A stretch of 64,000 nucleotides of DNA, from positions 1,664,001 to 1,728,000 of the forward strand of contig CAVVHE010000004.1 of NCBI GenBank assembly GCA_963748015.1, given 5' to 3'. The first letter of the stretch is position 1. Every line of letters begins with the position of its first letter. Position numbers and translations under genes: made by a program. This document shows positions 60,916 through 64,000 of the stretch, in pieces. Origin of the DNA: Terriglobia bacterium. GTDB lineage: Bacteria; Acidobacteriota; Polarisedimenticolia; Polarisedimenticolales; JAIQFR01. A model generated the notes under the pieces. It was not told where the DNA came from and did no database searches. It saw nothing but the letters and a program-made list of their open reading frames with translations.

Positions 60916-62397
60916 GTGCCCCGCAGCCTGTTCCGCTCCTTTCCCCGGGTCTTCTGGATCGCCAACGTGATGGAGCTGTTCGAGAGGGCGGCCTATTACG
61001 GGCTGAACTCGGTGCTGGCGGTCTACCTCACGGCCAGCCCCGCCTCCGGGGGGCTCGGCTTCGGCGAGCAGGCGGTCGGGTTCCTCCAGGGGATTGTCTA
61101 CGCGGCAACTTACGTCATCCCGATCCTGGGAGGCGCGCTCGCGGACCGGTACGGCTACCGCCGGATGCTGCTCTTCGCCTTCTCGCTCCTGAGCGTCGGG
61201 TATTTCGCCTCGGGCCACATGTCGAGCTACGCGCTGGTGTTCCTCTTCCTCCTCGTCATGGCCACCGGGGCCGGGCTGTTCAAGCCGATCATCTCGGGAA
61301 CGATCGCGCGCTCCACCGACGAGCGCACTTCCGCCTTCGGATTCGGCATCTACTACTGGATGATCAACCTCGGCGCGTTCCTGGCGCCGCTCGTCGTCTC
61401 CTACCTCAAGGGGTTCTCCTGGCGGGCCGTCTTCACGGCCTCCGCGGCCTACACGGCGCTCATGCTCCTCCCGGCCGTCTTCCTGTACCGCGACCCGCCC
61501 AAGCCTTCGAGCGGGAAGAAGCTGCGTGAGGTCCTCGTCGGCGCCGCCGAGGTGCTCGGGGACGCCCGGTTCATGCTGATGATCGTGGTGTACTCCGGGT
61601 TCTGGATCCTGTACTTCCAGAACTTCGGCTCGGTCCTCTGGTATCTCAGGGACTTCGTGGACAAGGAGCCCGTGAACCGGGCGGTCAACGCGATGCTCGC
61701 GGCGCTCCGGCTCCCCGCGCGCTTCTCGTTCGACGCCGAGCACGTCACCGTCATCAACGCGGGGATGATCATCGCGCTGCAGGTCGCGGTGAGCCGGATC
61801 GTGAAGGAGCGTCGCGCGCTCCCCACCATGGTCGCCGGGATGGCGCTCGGCGCCGCCGGGTTCGCGTGCCTCGCGATCTCGGCGAACCCCTGGATCTTCA
61901 TCCTCGGGATCGCGGTCTTCTCCGTCGGCGAGATGACCGCCCATCCGAAGTACTACAGCTTCGTCGGGCTCGTCGCTCCGAAGGACCGCGTCGCGGTGTA
62001 CATGGGGTACGCTTTCCTGTACGGGGTATTCGGCTCGCTCCTCGGCTCGAACCTCGGGTCGTTCCTCTACGAGAAGATGCTCAAGCCGGCCATGGGAACT
62101 CCGGCCGCCCCGGCAAGATCCCGCCTCTTCTGGTCGCTCTTTGCCCTCCTGGACGTCGCGGCCTCGGCCGGACTCGTCCTGTTCGCGCGCTCGTTCGGCG
62201 AGGACACGGAGTCCACCCGAAGGCGCGCGGCGAAGGTCATGCGGGGCGTCTATGCGGGGGTCTTCGTCCTGGGGGTGGCCTTCCTGTTCGTGGCCTTCGC
62301 CGGTCCGGCCGTGCAGTACAAGACGGCGATACAGGCAGCGATCTTCCTCGCACTGGGCACCGGTGGGTTCGCCGTCGGCCTCCGCGGGCGGAAATGA
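60916..62397 (+). CDS. MFS transporter, POT/PTR-like
   Basis: ELFERAAYYG (ExxER), GGALADRYG, GLFKP and YYWMINLG motifs; GGAGG RBS. Confidence 0.85.
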   Translation: MPRSLFRSFPRVFWIANVMELFERAAYYGLNSVLAVYLTASPASGGLGFGEQAVGFLQGIVYAATYVIPILGGALADRYGYRRMLLFAFSLLSVGYFASGHMSSYALVFLFLLVMATGAGLFKPIISGTIARSTDERTSAFGFGIYYWMINLGAFLAPLVVSYLKGFSWRAVFTASAAYTALMLLPAVFLYRDPPKPSSGKKLREVLVGAAEVLGDARFMLMIVVYSGFWILYFQNFGSVLWYLRDFVDKEPVNRAVNAMLAALRLPARFSFDAEHVTVINAGMIIALQVAVSRIVKERRALPTMVAGMALGAAGFACLAISANPWIFILGIAVFSVGEMTAHPKYYSFVGLVAPKDRVAVYMGYAFLYGVFGSLLGSNLGSFLYEKMLKPAMGTPAAPARSRLFWSLFALLDVAASAGLVLFARSFGEDTESTRRRAAKVMRGVYAGVFVLGVAFLFVAFAGPAVQYKTAIQAAIFLALGTGGFAVGLRGRK

Positions 62398-62623
62398 CGA
62401 CGGCGTTTTCCGGATTTCCCGCCGATACCCGATTCGAGTGCAATTTTGTGATCGCGATGGTACGAATCGTGCTTTTACCTCACTGCCGGTGGATGATCCC
62501 GTAACGTCCACGCGCCCGGCGGGAGGTATCACGATGGCGTCCGTTCCGGCCCTCCGATCACGGAAATCGGTTTCGGAGGGACGATCTTCGGCGACTGTCG
62601 GAACCGAACTGGAGGAGGAGGTC

Positions 62624-64000
62624 ATGAGCATGGGAAACCGAATCGGAAACGTGACGCGCGCCGCCCTGGCGGCGCTCTCTGCCGTCGTATTCGCCACGAC
62701 CGCGGGTTACGCGGCGTTCCCCGGCGCGAACGGCCGGATCGCCGCGGAAACCAACCGCACGTTCGATCTGAGGATCGTGACGATGAACCCCGACGGGACC
62801 GACGTGCGGTTCCTCACGAACAACTACGTGAGAGAACAGCACCCCGCGTGGTCCCCCGACGGGACGAGAATCGCGTTCGTTTCGGACGCGGGTGGCCACA
62901 ACGAGATCTGGGTCGTCAACGCGGATGGAACGAACCCCTCGCGTCTCACCGTCAGCGCGACCAACGACACGTTCCCCGCCTGGTCTCCCGACGGCCTCCG
63001 CATCGCCTTCACCCGTAACGATTCCGTAACGCTCCGTGACGATATCTGGGTCATGAGCGCGGCGGACGGGAGCGGGCTCGTTCGTCTCACCACCACGGAT
63101 GCCTCGGGCGAGTCCCAGCCCGCCTGGTCCCCCGACGGCTCGAAGATCGCTTTCGTAACGAACCGGGACGGCGATCTCGAGATCTACTCGATGAACGCGG
63201 ACGGCTCGGGCGCGACCAACCTGACCCAGAGCCCGTCTTCGGACGAGACCTCTCCCGACTGGGCCCCCGACGGCTCGCTCATCGTCTTCGACAGCGACCG
63301 AACGGACGTGCTTTTCGCCCGGCTGTTCGTCATGGCCCCCGACGGCTCCGCCCAGCAGGAGGTCCCGGGCACGGAGGCTGGGGACGAGCAGCCCGCCTTC
63401 TCTCCCGACGGCGCTTCGATCGCGTTCGCGGGACTCCGGGACTCGGCCTGGGCGATCCACCGCATGACGCTCGGCGACCCGGCGACGCGCTCGGTCGTCA
63501 GCGATGCGGACTCCTATGGACTCGACGAGCTGCACCCCGATTGGCAAGCGGTTCGGGAGCAGACGGACAACCGGCCGCCGGTGGCGGATGCCGGTCCCGG
63601 CGGCACGGTCGAATGCGCTTCGCCCGGGGGCGGCAGCGTGATGCTCGACGGCTCCGGCTCCTCGGATCCCGACTCGACACCGGGCACCCATGACGACATC
63701 GTCTCGTTCGAGTGGTTCCTGGGCTTCGGCACGGCGGCGCAGGCGCTGGTCGCGACCGGGGAAAGGACCGGGGCCGTGCTCCCGCTCGGCCGGAGCGTCG
63801 TCACGCTCCGGGTCACCGACAAGCAGGGTGCGACGTCCACGGACGACGCGGTCTGGTCCGTGCGCGACACCGTGCCTCCCACGATCTCGGTGTCCGTCGA
63901 CCCGGCCGTGATCTGGCCGCCGAACCACCGGATGGTCCCGGTGCACGCGACGGTGACCGCCACGGACGCCTGCGGCTCGCCGTCCGTCGTCCTCGCCGCC
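62624..64000 (+). CDS. Secreted TolB-like (PD40 beta-propeller) protein with PKD/Ig-like domains; 3'-truncated and not in the ORF track
   Basis: Strong RBS and signal peptide, FPGANGRIA, repeated PAWSPDG..IAF, then NRPPVADAG..LDGSGSSDPD..TLRVTD and IWPPNHRMV. Confidence 0.85.
   Translation, partial: MSMGNRIGNVTRAALAALSAVVFATTAGYAAFPGANGRIAAETNRTFDLRIVTMNPDGTDVRFLTNNYVREQHPAWSPDGTRIAFVSDAGGHNEIWVVNADGTNPSRLTVSATNDTFPAWSPDGLRIAFTRNDSVTLRDDIWVMSAADGSGLVRLTTTDASGESQPAWSPDGSKIAFVTNRDGDLEIYSMNADGSGATNLTQSPSSDETSPDWAPDGSLIVFDSDRTDVLFARLFVMAPDGSAQQEVPGTEAGDEQPAFSPDGASIAFAGLRDSAWAIHRMTLGDPATRSVVSDADSYGLDELHPDWQAVREQTDNRPPVADAGPGGTVECASPGGGSVMLDGSGSSDPDSTPGTHDDIVSFEWFLGFGTAAQALVATGERTGAVLPLGRSVVTLRVTDKQGATSTDDAVWSVRDTVPPTISVSVDPAVIWPPNHRMVPVHATVTATDACGSPSVVLAA

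Overview
A GC-rich bacterial chromosomal segment, probably Acidobacteriota (inferred from gene content and order: kdsB-pyrG-kdsD-kdsC, tatBC-ctpA, CIRCE-groESL, DUF4388 and DUF6178 proteins). It holds about 50 mostly housekeeping, envelope and signalling genes. These include a fused E2o-E1o 2-oxoglutarate dehydrogenase (kgd), a tripartite RND pump, an S1-domain protein, an ECF sigma/anti-sigma pair, murB, a SWIM-SNF2 helicase, an atypical displaced kdsA, a diguanylate cyclase, peptidases, two sensor kinases, an LPS/Kdo cluster, Tat, CtpA, GroESL, a PA2779/PA2778-like pair, an FHA-GAF-PP2C phosphatase and transporters. I found no rRNA, tRNA or CRISPR array. The non-obvious signals are: (1) two copies of a ~155-170 nt multi-stem element at convergent gene junctions, with an identical 40-nt core and compensatory base changes in the stems, bracketing SNF2+kdsA; (2) an IS1-like transposase with an apparent DDD triad and 24-bp inverted repeats, plus a 166-bp non-autonomous MITE with the same ends and a target duplication 6.6 kb away; (3) a KdsA with altered active-site motifs whose usual slot after pyrG holds an unknown lipoprotein with a probable CTG start; (4) a tandem DUF4388 protein with MshEN-like c-di-GMP motifs; (5) four single-base frameshifts, probably assembly errors, one of them in a G7 tract of an LPS kinase. 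All family assignments come from motif recognition by eye, not database searches.
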